Below are positions 19,419 through 28,577 of a stretch of 64,000 bases of DNA, piece by piece. Source of the DNA: an uncultured Caldisericota bacterium (GTDB taxonomy: Bacteria; Caldisericota; Caldisericia; UBA6126). The stretch is from NCBI GenBank assembly GCA_964427915.1, contig CAYRWA010000030.1, forward strand, positions 1,592-65,591, read 5' to 3'. A program made the position numbers and the translations under genes. Below the pieces are notes generated by a model. The model worked only from the letters and a program-made list of their open reading frames with translations. It did not search any database and was not told the origin of the DNA. The first letter of the stretch is position 1. Each line of letters begins with the position of its first letter.

Positions 19419-19779
19419 AATCTTCTTTTGTATAGGTTATATGACTAGTGGGTGTTTCGGATAGTGTAACAGTAGCAAGCTGGTATGTAGAACTTTGAAG
19501 GTGAGGAAACAAAGTTTTAAAAATCCATTCTGCAACGATCTCTGTGGAAGGATTCTCGAAAAAATCATTTAGATTTTTATGGTCTAGCTTGGAGAGAATA
19601 TTTTCATGAACAGCAGTAGAGATCCAAAGAAAATCCAATACCATTCCAGTTGAAACATCAATTTCACCTTCAACCATGACAGAAAGATAGTAGGTATGAC
19701 CATGGAAGGATTCACACTTCCCATGGTAATTTGTCAGATGGTGAGCAGCATCAAATCGAAAATCCTTTTGCACAATCAT
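19393..19779 (-). CDS. queD: COG0720 6-pyruvoyltetrahydropterin synthase-family protein (QueD/PTPS-I/III type)
   Basis: FDAAH, CESFHGH, GMVLDF, LDH, NPSTE, ETP. Confidence 0.88.
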   Translation of the reverse strand: MIVQKDFRFDAAHHLTNYHGKCESFHGHTYYLSVMVEGEIDVSTGMVLDFLWISTAVHENILSKLDHKNLNDFFENPSTEIVAEWIFKTLFPHLQSSTYQLATVTLSETPTSHITYTKEDYARYTERN

Positions 19780-20973
19780 TTATACGGGGAATTCCGTTTC
19801 AATGAGTTCTTTGATTCTACCCATACCTTTCTGAATATCTTCCTTAGAGGTAGCATAGGAGAACCGAATATAGGAATCTCCTTGTTTCCCAAAAATACTT
19901 CCACTCAGGCATGCTACATAGGCTTTCTGGAGGAAAAATTCAGCCAAATCCGCAGAGGTTAAAGAATATTTTTCTAAAATGGGCTTTACATTTACAAAGG
20001 CATAGAATGCACCCTTGGGTTTGATCATGCTCATGCCCGGTATATCATTGACGAGAGAAAAGATGATATCTCTGCGCTCTTTGAAGTGTTCCCACATCAT
20101 GTGAACCTCTGGATTGTCTCCTTCAAGAGCATGAATGCCGGCAATCTGCGTGAAGGCTGGGCAACAAGACACTGTATTGTTGACAATTTTCTTCATACTC
20201 CCGTAGAACTCTTTCGGGACTGCTGCGTAGCCTAACCGCCATCCAGTCATCGAATAGGTTTTAGACATTCCATCCATCAGCACTGTACGATCTAACATGC
20301 CAGGTATGCTTGCAATCGAAAAATGCTGATCTTCTTTAGAGTAAATCAAATCCGAGTATATTTCGTCAGAAAATACAACAGCATTGCTTTTTTTGACAAC
20401 CTCTGCAATTTTTTCTAATTCCACTTTTGACAACACTCCCCCAGTAGGATTTTGGGGAGTATTGATGATAATCAGTTTCGTTTTTGGAGTAATCCTTTTT
20501 TCCAGTTCTTCTGCTGTAACCTGGTATCCATTTTCTTCAGTGAGTGGCAATGGGATGGGTATTCCACCAGCCAAATTGACAGCAGATTGGTAAGGAGGGT
20601 ATCCTGGATCGGGGACAATACATTCATCTCCCGGTTCTAAAAAAGTAACACAAGTTGTGTAAATCAGAAGTTTCCCGCCTGAAGCAATAAGGACATTTTC
20701 CGGATCTACGTTAATATTCCTTGTTTTGCTAAGGTGTTTGGCAACAGCCGTGCGAAATTCTGGGATACCGCCTGCGGGGGTATAGTGAGTTTTGCCTTCA
20801 TCAAGAGCTTTTTTACAGGTCTCAATGATCCCTTTTGGAGTAGGAAAATCAGGTTCCCCTATCTCCATGTGTACAACTTTCATACCTGTTTCTCTTTCAA
20901 TACGCTGTGCCTTGGCTAAGACTTCAAAAGCTCCTTCGGCTTTTGCATGTTTTGCACGATTTGAAATTTGCAT
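19780..20973 (-). CDS. Class I/II PLP aminotransferase (aspartate aminotransferase-like)
   Basis: IGEPDFPTP, NTPQNPTG, SDEIYS, SKTYSMTGWRLG. Confidence 0.9.
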   Translation of the reverse strand: MQISNRAKHAKAEGAFEVLAKAQRIERETGMKVVHMEIGEPDFPTPKGIIETCKKALDEGKTHYTPAGGIPEFRTAVAKHLSKTRNINVDPENVLIASGGKLLIYTTCVTFLEPGDECIVPDPGYPPYQSAVNLAGGIPIPLPLTEENGYQVTAEELEKRITPKTKLIIINTPQNPTGGVLSKVELEKIAEVVKKSNAVVFSDEIYSDLIYSKEDQHFSIASIPGMLDRTVLMDGMSKTYSMTGWRLGYAAVPKEFYGSMKKIVNNTVSCCPAFTQIAGIHALEGDNPEVHMMWEHFKERRDIIFSLVNDIPGMSMIKPKGAFYAFVNVKPILEKYSLTSADLAEFFLQKAYVACLSGSIFGKQGDSYIRFSYATSKEDIQKGMGRIKELIETEFPV

Positions 20974-21000
20974 CTCCAACTCCTTTGTAGGTGAACTACA

Positions 21001-22104
21001 TCATCTATTGTTTTTATAAAATGGTTTTTTTACAACAGTTGCAGGGGCTTCTTTATTTCTGATCTTAATCTGGACACTATTATCAACAACTGAAAGATCT
21101 GCAGGTATATAGCCCATTGCACATACTTTATCAATTTTTGGACAGTAACTCCCCGATGTTACTCGTCCTATTTCTTTGCCTTCGTAGTAAATGGAATAGC
21201 CATGGCGAGGAATCATTTTGCTATTCACTTCAAAGGCAGTTAGCTTTCGTTTGGGACCTTTTTCTTTTGCTTCTTGACAAGCCTTTTTGCCAACAAAATC
21301 TTTGTCTAACTTGACAGCAAAACCTTGGCCAGCTTCAATGGGATTTGTTGTATGATCGATATCATTGCCATAAAGCCAAAGACACGATTCAAAGCGAAGG
21401 GTGTCTCTTGATCCTAATCCGCATGGAAGCATCCCCTCTTTTTCACCCGTTTGCATTAGTAGTTTCCATAGAGTGGGAGTGGAATCCTTTGGTGTTAGTA
21501 TTTCAAATCCGTCTTCCCCCGTATAGCCTGTTCTAGAGGTTAGGGTTTGGAGACCACCCACAGAAATTTCTTGAAATGTAAACTTCTTCATTGTTTCTAA
21601 GTCGGTCGGTGTTAGTTGTTGCAAAATGGAAGCTGCCTTTGGTCCCTGCAAAGCAACTTGCCCCCATTGGTCTGATGTATTCTGGATTGCACAATCCAAA
21701 TCAGGCCTAGATTCTTTTATTGTTAGAATATGAGCAACGTCTTTTTCGATATTGGATGCATTGACAACTAATAGCACTTTTTCGTCGTTTATTTTGTAAG
21801 CCAGTAAATCGTCAACTTCTCCGCCATCTTCATATAACATTGCAGAGTATTTAATGTCACCCGCTTTGGCAGTGCTTAATTTATTTGTTATCAAATAGTC
21901 TGTAAAGGCCAAGGCATCTTTGCCCTCAATGGAAATCTCTCCCATATGTGATACATCAAAAATTCCTGCATGGTCACGAACAGCCATATGCTCTTCAATC
22001 ATAGATGTGTACACGATGGGCATTTCAAATCCAACAAAAGGAACCATATTGGCTCCTAGCTTAACATGCTCCTCATACAAAGGAGTTCTTTTTAGTTTGT
22101 CCAT
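21001..22104 (-). CDS. gcvT: Glycine cleavage system T protein
   Basis: FDVSHMGE, SRTGYTGEDGFE, GLGSRDTLRFE, VTSG, PFY. Confidence 0.96.
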   Translation of the reverse strand: MDKLKRTPLYEEHVKLGANMVPFVGFEMPIVYTSMIEEHMAVRDHAGIFDVSHMGEISIEGKDALAFTDYLITNKLSTAKAGDIKYSAMLYEDGGEVDDLLAYKINDEKVLLVVNASNIEKDVAHILTIKESRPDLDCAIQNTSDQWGQVALQGPKAASILQQLTPTDLETMKKFTFQEISVGGLQTLTSRTGYTGEDGFEILTPKDSTPTLWKLLMQTGEKEGMLPCGLGSRDTLRFESCLWLYGNDIDHTTNPIEAGQGFAVKLDKDFVGKKACQEAKEKGPKRKLTAFEVNSKMIPRHGYSIYYEGKEIGRVTSGSYCPKIDKVCAMGYIPADLSVVDNSVQIKIRNKEAPATVVKKPFYKNNR

Positions 22105-23006
22105 TCGTCAACCTCTCTGTTAATGTCGTGCAAGGCAATGTTGAGTTGCTCTTCGTTTGGGGCTTTACCGTGCCAATCAGCTTCGTTTTCCATGAAAGAA
22201 ACTCCTTTGCCTTTGATGGTTTTTCCAATGATAACGGTAGGCCGATTCTTATTCTCAAGTGAAGTTTGGATAGCCTTTGCAATATCGTCAGTATTGTGTC
22301 CATCGATAACAATTGTGTGCCAATTGAATGCTTCAAATTTTTCTTTGATGGGAGCAATACCCATAACATCTTCCACCCAGCCGTCAATTTCTAGATTGTT
22401 GTAGTCAAAAAAGAGTGTTAGGTTGTCTAGGTGATAATGGGCAGAGCTCATAATGGCTTCCCATATTTGACCTTCTTGTGATTCACCGTCTCCACAAAGT
22501 GCAAAGACGTGATTCTCTTTATGGTCTTGCTTCAGCCCCATAGCAATACCAGCAGCTACCGATAAACCTTGTCCTAACGAACCTGTGGAAACTTCTACAC
22601 AATCCAATTTGCTCTTTGCTGGATGGCCCTGCAAAGGAGATCCAAATTCTCTAAAGGAAGCAAGAAGTGTGCGGTCAAAGTATCCAGTTTCGGCATAAAG
22701 AGAATAGATAAGAGGACTCACATGTCCCTTCGAATAGATCATATAGTCTCGATCTTCCCAGGAAGGAAGAGAAGGCTTATGTTTGAGAAATGATGTCCAT
22801 AGAACCCCCATCATGTCGGCTGCAGAAAGAGAGCCACCGGGGTGTCCTGAGCCAGCAGAAAAGGTCGATAAAACAATATCGCGCCTTATTTGTTGACAAA
22901 AATGAAAAATATCCTCTCGAGTAAAAGAGATAGGATACTGATCAAAAGTTTTTACATGATACGGATTTTCTTGCAAATAATGTAGGCCCAATTCCCGTCT
23001 TTTCAT
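22092..23006 (-). CDS. Transketolase, N-terminal (TPP-binding) subunit
   Basis: SGHPGGSLS, SKGH, LQGHP, TGSLGQG, GDGESQEGQIWEA, WHGKAP. Confidence 0.95.
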   Translation of the reverse strand: MKRRELGLHYLQENPYHVKTFDQYPISFTREDIFHFCQQIRRDIVLSTFSAGSGHPGGSLSAADMMGVLWTSFLKHKPSLPSWEDRDYMIYSKGHVSPLIYSLYAETGYFDRTLLASFREFGSPLQGHPAKSKLDCVEVSTGSLGQGLSVAAGIAMGLKQDHKENHVFALCGDGESQEGQIWEAIMSSAHYHLDNLTLFFDYNNLEIDGWVEDVMGIAPIKEKFEAFNWHTIVIDGHNTDDIAKAIQTSLENKNRPTVIIGKTIKGKGVSFMENEADWHGKAPNEEQLNIALHDINREVDEWTN

Positions 23007-23129
23007 ATTTATTCTACCTCGTTATAGTATATAATATGCGTACAGTTTTGAATTATAATATTTGAAGGATATTAAACAACCGTAGTTTTGTCTATTCTTT
23101 TATCTATTTTTTATTTTGTAGGGAGAGTC

Positions 23130-24788
23130 ATGAAACAACTGAAAAAGGATGTAACTGCTTCAGAAGTTGGACAAGTGATTATTTTGTATGCTGTGTTTAT
23201 TCTATTTCTCGTTGTGGTAGGGATTGGGTTAATTGATATTGGAAAAGTTGTCATGTTTAAAGCCAAACTAAGAAATACAGTTGATCAAGGTGTTTTGGCA
23301 GCACAGGCAGTAGAAAGAAACGCTCAGCCAATTCTTTTTCATGTCAATTCAAACCAAGCCTCTAGATATGCAAGGATGATCTATCATACCGGAATCATGT
23401 TACAAAACCATAAATTGGCCGCTGACAAACTAACCAGTTATGTATCAAACTACAGTGATTTGGCAGATTGGTTTAGTGCCTATTCGGAGGAACCGATTGA
23501 AAACTATATAAGCCTTGCTGACGATTTGTTGGATATTCCCCCCACCGTTGAATATCAGGATTCTGCCTTTTTGAATATAGAAGTATCTGGTTTTTCTACT
23601 TCTCTCGACGATGAACTACTATGCTTTGTGGAACTAGAAAAGATGATTCTGTATAATCAAATTCTGGATTTAAATGTGGAGAATAGCACGCAGGAATGGC
23701 AAAATATTGATTCCATTTACATTCCTGTTTCATGCCTTTTGAAACAGTCCCCCATAGAATCGTCAGATGTTCCAACGATGCTGTACTATACCGACCAAGT
23801 AGGGGGCAATACTACTAGTTTGTTTTCAATGCAAAAGGGAATAGAGCAGGTTTACATCCGAAATTCTTTTTTTGTAATGCAAACTGTCAATGTTCCTGAT
23901 TTATTGGTGGGAGATGTCATTTTTCAACGCTTTGATAAGATGGGCAAAGTAGCTATGATGTCTATCGGATCTCTTCAATTACCCTCCGATATGTCGTATC
24001 CTGAAATGTGGCTAGAGTCCTACGAAACTCTTATGCATGAAGCAAATATCCAAGGACAAGTCATTATTCAAGAGATGGATGAATACGAGAATCCCACGCA
24101 AGGAAATGCATATGGTTTGAGGAAACAATACATGAAAGATAAATGGGATGAACTTGAGCTCCTTTATCAAAACCTGTTTATTGAACTACGTTCCATTGAT
24201 TCTCTAGAAATAAATGTGCCCTCTCAGTTTTACGGCGAAGCTTTACCCGTGTTGCATCCATTGAACCAGCTCCATATAGAAAACAATTCTGATATTATTA
24301 CAATGGCTACCTCCATGGGGTATGATGTGGGAAATGAAAGCGAAAAAAATGAATTCTTTCAAGAGGTTTCATTGGAAGATTTTTTTTCAACCGAAGACAA
24401 TTTTTATCAATCCATTACAACTTCTATTGATACGCTAGAAGATGGTATTGCCAATGTATTTGATCATTATGAAGAATACATCACTCATGTTCAATCGTAT
24501 GCAGCTGATACAGCAGGATCGACGGGTAATTTCTACTCGATTCTTCATTCGATGATAGAAAGCATTGAGCTTCACACCTCCTTTGGTGTACAAAACAATG
24601 ATATGATATTGTACATGCAGATGTTTAGTGAAATGCTCCTAGACCAATACACCGATGCAGCAAATTATCGCATTTTGATAACGCATCGACAGGGATATGA
24701 CTATAGCGATTTAAAACCACTTCCAAGAACAGAAAACTTTATTAATCGTTATTTCGATAAACCAATCATGGAATGGGTTCAAAACTAA
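23130..24788 (+). CDS. TadG-like pseudopilin with a large acidic C-terminal region of unknown function
   Basis: G|QVIILYAVFILFLVVVGIGLIDIG...KLRNTVDQGVLAA resembles the TadG N-terminus. Confidence 0.65.
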   Translation: MKQLKKDVTASEVGQVIILYAVFILFLVVVGIGLIDIGKVVMFKAKLRNTVDQGVLAAQAVERNAQPILFHVNSNQASRYARMIYHTGIMLQNHKLAADKLTSYVSNYSDLADWFSAYSEEPIENYISLADDLLDIPPTVEYQDSAFLNIEVSGFSTSLDDELLCFVELEKMILYNQILDLNVENSTQEWQNIDSIYIPVSCLLKQSPIESSDVPTMLYYTDQVGGNTTSLFSMQKGIEQVYIRNSFFVMQTVNVPDLLVGDVIFQRFDKMGKVAMMSIGSLQLPSDMSYPEMWLESYETLMHEANIQGQVIIQEMDEYENPTQGNAYGLRKQYMKDKWDELELLYQNLFIELRSIDSLEINVPSQFYGEALPVLHPLNQLHIENNSDIITMATSMGYDVGNESEKNEFFQEVSLEDFFSTEDNFYQSITTSIDTLEDGIANVFDHYEEYITHVQSYAADTAGSTGNFYSILHSMIESIELHTSFGVQNNDMILYMQMFSEMLLDQYTDAANYRILITHRQGYDYSDLKPLPRTENFINRYFDKPIMEWVQN

Positions 24789-25918
24789 TGAAATTTGCAC
24801 TTCATAAGATTTTTCTCGGACTTGTCATAGGCTCCCTATTGGTAGGTTGCTCGAATCGAGATATTCACTACATAGGCTTTGCTGAAGATCAGTCTTCCCA
24901 AGCATCAGGCGTGTATACATCGCTAACCAATGGAAGAAAGCTTCAATCGAATCAGCTGGAAATGAACCGACATTTTCGGTTTGTTTACTATGATACAAGA
25001 AGAGATCCAGAGGATGCAGCCAATGCTTTCCGAGATTTTTTTCAAAAATATCCGCAAGGGATCATGATGGGAACCCCTTCTGCTGAATGTGCCCAAGTTG
25101 CTAAATTTGTAGCTGATACATGGGACAGAACCTTTGTGTGTAACTCCTACCAACATAGCATTGTAGATGAGGTTAAAACGACTCTTTTGTTAAACCAAAA
25201 TCCCCTATATCAAGGAAAGCTATGCGCTCGATATGTAGTAACCGAAATGAAAAAACAGAGAATTTGCATTGTAGTTGATCAGTCTAACCAACGATTACGC
25301 TCTTTGAAAGATGGTTTTACACAAGAAGGAAACAATATTGATGCCACTATTATGGAAATCAGTTATTCTGGCGAGAATACGGTGGATCCCAACAAAGTGT
25401 TTGCTACCATTTCACAATCCAACGTGGATGCTATTTTTCTGTTAACAACACCGTCCATGTATCAAACAATGATTGCAACGGCGAGAAAAGACTTTTCGAT
25501 TTTTGCTCCTATTATCATGCCAGCTTTACCAACAGAAGATGTCCTGCAAAAAGATTTTTGGGAAAATACGTTTTTCCTGGTTCCTTTTTTCCCCGAAAAA
25601 CCTGACTATACTTCCTCTTCATTCTTTCAAACCTACGTGAAAACATTTGGACAAACCCCCGATTATTTTGCTGCATTGGGTGCTGATGAAATGACATTGA
25701 TCCACCATGCAGCTTCTATTACAAAGCAGAATTCATTAGCCCAGATCTATAAAGAGCTTCGGAAGGCAGATCTTTCGACCATTCATTTTTTTACCGGTCT
25801 GAAGGGTTTTGATGCAAATGGGTTGGCATTGAAACCAATTGATATTGTTCGGTTTCAAAACCAATCCTTGATTTTTCAAGAGACCTATTGGCATGAATTT
25901 ACGAAACAAGATCTGTAA
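24788..25918 (+). CDS. Lipoprotein, branched-chain amino acid ABC substrate-binding (LivK/LivJ-like) fold
   Basis: Lipobox LLVG-C; YYDT..DPEDA; GTPSAECA; F.QTY.KTFGQTPDYFAALG.D. Confidence 0.7.
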   Translation: MKFALHKIFLGLVIGSLLVGCSNRDIHYIGFAEDQSSQASGVYTSLTNGRKLQSNQLEMNRHFRFVYYDTRRDPEDAANAFRDFFQKYPQGIMMGTPSAECAQVAKFVADTWDRTFVCNSYQHSIVDEVKTTLLLNQNPLYQGKLCARYVVTEMKKQRICIVVDQSNQRLRSLKDGFTQEGNNIDATIMEISYSGENTVDPNKVFATISQSNVDAIFLLTTPSMYQTMIATARKDFSIFAPIIMPALPTEDVLQKDFWENTFFLVPFFPEKPDYTSSSFFQTYVKTFGQTPDYFAALGADEMTLIHHAASITKQNSLAQIYKELRKADLSTIHFFTGLKGFDANGLALKPIDIVRFQNQSLIFQETYWHEFTKQDL

Positions 25919-25928
25919 GATTCCAATC

Positions 25929-25957
25929 TTGTATTTTAGAGAAATGATGTATATAAT
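25929..25957 (+). promoter_or_regulatory. Sigma70-type promoter for the ferredoxin gene
   Basis: TTGTAT, 17 bp, TATAAT; followed by a GGAGG RBS. Confidence 0.6.
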
Positions 25958-25985
25958 GCATAAAAAACTCTTATAGGAGGATTCA

Positions 25986-26165
25986 ATGGCTTTACCTAAA
26001 ATTGATGCTGATTGCTGTACGGGTTGTGGCGTGTGTGTTGATGGATGTCCCGTCGACGCTTTAGAGTTGGTTGATGATATTTGCGAGCTTACACATCCAG
26101 AAAATTGTACTAGTTGCGGTGCATGTGTAGATTCATGCCCTCTTGAGTGCATAGTATTGGAATAG
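25986..26165 (+). CDS. 2x[4Fe-4S] ferredoxin (59 aa)
   Basis: MALPKIDADCCTGCGVCVDGCP...CTSCGACVDSCP has two CxxCxxCxxxCP motifs; AGGAGG RBS; absent from the ORF track. Confidence 0.95.
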   Translation: MALPKIDADCCTGCGVCVDGCPVDALELVDDICELTHPENCTSCGACVDSCPLECIVLE

Positions 26166-26191
26166 TATTGGAATAGCGAACTACTGTAAAC

Positions 26192-26222
26192 AAAAAGCCC
26201 TGGTAGTTTCCAGGGCTTTTTT
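26192..26222 (+). terminator. Intrinsic terminator after the ferredoxin gene
   Basis: AAAAGCCCTGG tagttt CCAGGGCTTTTTT. Confidence 0.85.
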
Positions 26223-26295
26223 CATTATCATTGTCTTGACAAACCTATCCAAATAGTCAAAATGAAATGTAAAATTATTATATGATGTTGGTGCT

Positions 26296-27249
26296 ATGAA
26301 CACAGAAAAACATGGATTTAATTTTATTTATTTGCCTACCAGAGGAAATTCAAAGAGTTTTTTCATTTCTTCTATATGGGTATTTTTAGCTCTTATCGTT
26401 TTCCTTGTTTTTCTTTTTGCATCTTTCCGACTTGTTCACCGCTATAATTACTACAAAACAGAATTTGTAAAAATAGCTGGTCTTTCTTTAGAGGAAACCG
26501 AACAATTACAACAAGAAGAGCTTGATTCAATCGAAAAAGAGCTTACGGTCATTTACGAAATCCAAGAAAAGAATTTGGAAAAAATGAGACATATTGCTTC
26601 TTCGGATTCTAAAAACCGGACCAGTTTAAAACTGACATCAATGAACTTAAACCCCGATGACTACATGTCCGACATAACCCGTTATACGGGATATTTTAAC
26701 AATGTAACTAGTATAAATTTAGAAACAGCATTAACCATTGAAAAAAATCTGATTGAACAAAAAGAAAAATTAGATCAAATCATAACCAATAATGAAGTTC
26801 TTTCTCTAGCATCAGAAGAATTTTTGCTTCAGTGGGAGAAAACACCTCTTGGTTTTCCATTAAAAGGGCCTATCGACCCTGGCTATGGGTATCGTATCCA
26901 TCCTGTCTGGGGGACCCCCGACTGGCATACTGGGGTTGATATCTCCGGATACTATGGACAAGACGTTACTGCAACCGCATCAGGAAGAGTTATGAAGTCC
27001 AATTTTCTTGGAGGCTATGGGAATGCCGTCATTATTTATCATAGAGATGGCATTTCTACGCTCTATGCACACAACTCCAAAAACCTAGTTTACGAAGGTG
27101 AATACGTAAAACGCGGACAAGTTATTGCCAAAGCCGGCAGTACCGGCACTGCAACATGTGTTCACGTGCACTATGAAGTGCGATATGGATCAGAAGCTAT
27201 TGATCCAGAAAGATTTAATAGTCTGGTGAATAAACATGCCCCCCACTAA
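26296..27249 (+). CDS. Membrane-anchored M23 (LytM) peptidoglycan endopeptidase
   Basis: TM plus coiled coil; HTGVD, GYGN, YAH and HVH Zn motifs intact. Confidence 0.92.
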   Translation: MNTEKHGFNFIYLPTRGNSKSFFISSIWVFLALIVFLVFLFASFRLVHRYNYYKTEFVKIAGLSLEETEQLQQEELDSIEKELTVIYEIQEKNLEKMRHIASSDSKNRTSLKLTSMNLNPDDYMSDITRYTGYFNNVTSINLETALTIEKNLIEQKEKLDQIITNNEVLSLASEEFLLQWEKTPLGFPLKGPIDPGYGYRIHPVWGTPDWHTGVDISGYYGQDVTATASGRVMKSNFLGGYGNAVIIYHRDGISTLYAHNSKNLVYEGEYVKRGQVIAKAGSTGTATCVHVHYEVRYGSEAIDPERFNSLVNKHAPH

Positions 27250-28120
27250 TTCTAGAAATAGCAATCCTGACAAAATCTTAATTGTATCCTCTCATAACTC
27301 CCGATCTTTCCATATTCTTTTGTCCAAGCCCTTGCGAATTATTGCTTTTACTTGTCTATTTGCTTTTGTCACCATGTTTGCCATCATTGGGTACAAGTAT
27401 TGGTATTACCAAACCCAAGTAACGACTTTTTACCAACGTTTTCAAACCATTATGAATGCCGATGATGAAGACCTTTCCCGAGAGATTAAAGTGAAAAAAG
27501 CTCTTATCAAAACAGAAGCTTTTATCAATACATCCGACGTATTCTTGTCCAAAGCTTCCTCCATAGAAAATGATGCATGCAATGCCTTAAAGCTTCCTTA
27601 TTCCAATAAGGAATTTTCTGATTTTCTATTTAGTGTCCGTCACAGTCAGTCGAAAGCACAACCTGCATCTACCATTGCTGATTCTTATCCAATTATCGGA
27701 GATCATGAGGGTCAATTAGAGACATCGCAGCTACGCCAAGAAGTCATTCAAGAAAATGTTCGTAAAACCCCAACAGGGCTTCCCATTAATGGGTATCCAG
27801 TCCGTGAAGGAATGTATATCTCCACACCCGGGGTAGAAATTCTTGCACCTTTTGGTACTTATATTAAGGCAACTGCAGGTGGAGAAGTAACTAAAATTGA
27901 GGAAATTGCTTTGTCTACATATGTGATTGAAATTACCCACAAAAATGAAGATCTGCATACCACAATTTCACGTTATTTGTTTTGCAACGATCTTACGGTA
28001 AACCTGGGGGATATTGTAGAAAAAGGGCAGGTAATGGCGAAGGTTGGTACCCACCCAGCTACCCAGGAAAGCTTTATCGGGTATCAACTGCTGGTTAATA
28101 ATTTAGCTGTAGAACCATAA
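27236..28120 (+). CDS. M23-like protein lacking the Zn ligands
   Basis: Same architecture (TM, TPTGLP, ATAGG.V, V..GD.VEKGQV.AKVG), but HxxxD is TPGVE and HxH is FIG. Confidence 0.75.
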   Translation: MPPTNSRNSNPDKILIVSSHNSRSFHILLSKPLRIIAFTCLFAFVTMFAIIGYKYWYYQTQVTTFYQRFQTIMNADDEDLSREIKVKKALIKTEAFINTSDVFLSKASSIENDACNALKLPYSNKEFSDFLFSVRHSQSKAQPASTIADSYPIIGDHEGQLETSQLRQEVIQENVRKTPTGLPINGYPVREGMYISTPGVEILAPFGTYIKATAGGEVTKIEEIALSTYVIEITHKNEDLHTTISRYLFCNDLTVNLGDIVEKGQVMAKVGTHPATQESFIGYQLLVNNLAVEP

Positions 28121-28134
28121 TAGGTAGGTGATAT

Positions 28135-28560
28135 ATGGCATTTGGATCAAAGTCAGATCAAAAAATCAGTCGTTCTTCCTCTACTTCGTTTTTAGGAAAA
28201 GGCACCTTCATTGAAGGTAGTTTTTTCGTAGAAGGAAATGTTCGGATTGATGGAAAAGTTAAGGGTCTTATTAAAGGTGACGCCGATATTATCATCGGGG
28301 AAGGTTCAGTTATTGAAGCCAACATTGAAGTAACAAACTTAACGGTGATGGGGGAGATTGAAGGAAACATTGTTTGTTCAGAAAAACTTGAAATACATGA
28401 TACGGGCAAAGTTGTAGGTGAGATTTCTGCCGATAAACTGATTATTGAAGAGAATGCATTTTTTGAAGGGAAAAGCATGATGCATGCACGACAAAGTGTT
28501 AAGGCTTTACCAGAAAGTGAAAATGCAAAAAACAAAGACCCTGAAAAAAAATCCAATTAA
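28135..28560 (+). CDS. Bactofilin (polymer-forming cytoskeletal protein)
   Basis: GKGTFIEG, VRIDGKVKG, V.GEIEGNI, KLIIEENAFFEG beta-helix repeats. Confidence 0.93.
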   Translation: MAFGSKSDQKISRSSSTSFLGKGTFIEGSFFVEGNVRIDGKVKGLIKGDADIIIGEGSVIEANIEVTNLTVMGEIEGNIVCSEKLEIHDTGKVVGEISADKLIIEENAFFEGKSMMHARQSVKALPESENAKNKDPEKKSN

Positions 28561-28577
28561 TTCGACAGGAGGAGACC

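Noticed and set aside
25736-26152. 138-aa minus-strand ORF
   Set aside because: Antisense shadow of the ferredoxin gene and the lipoprotein 3' end.
26151-26176. Tandem 11-bp duplication ATAGTATTGGA over the ferredoxin stop
   Set aside because: Only about 2.4 copies and no coding effect; likely slippage.
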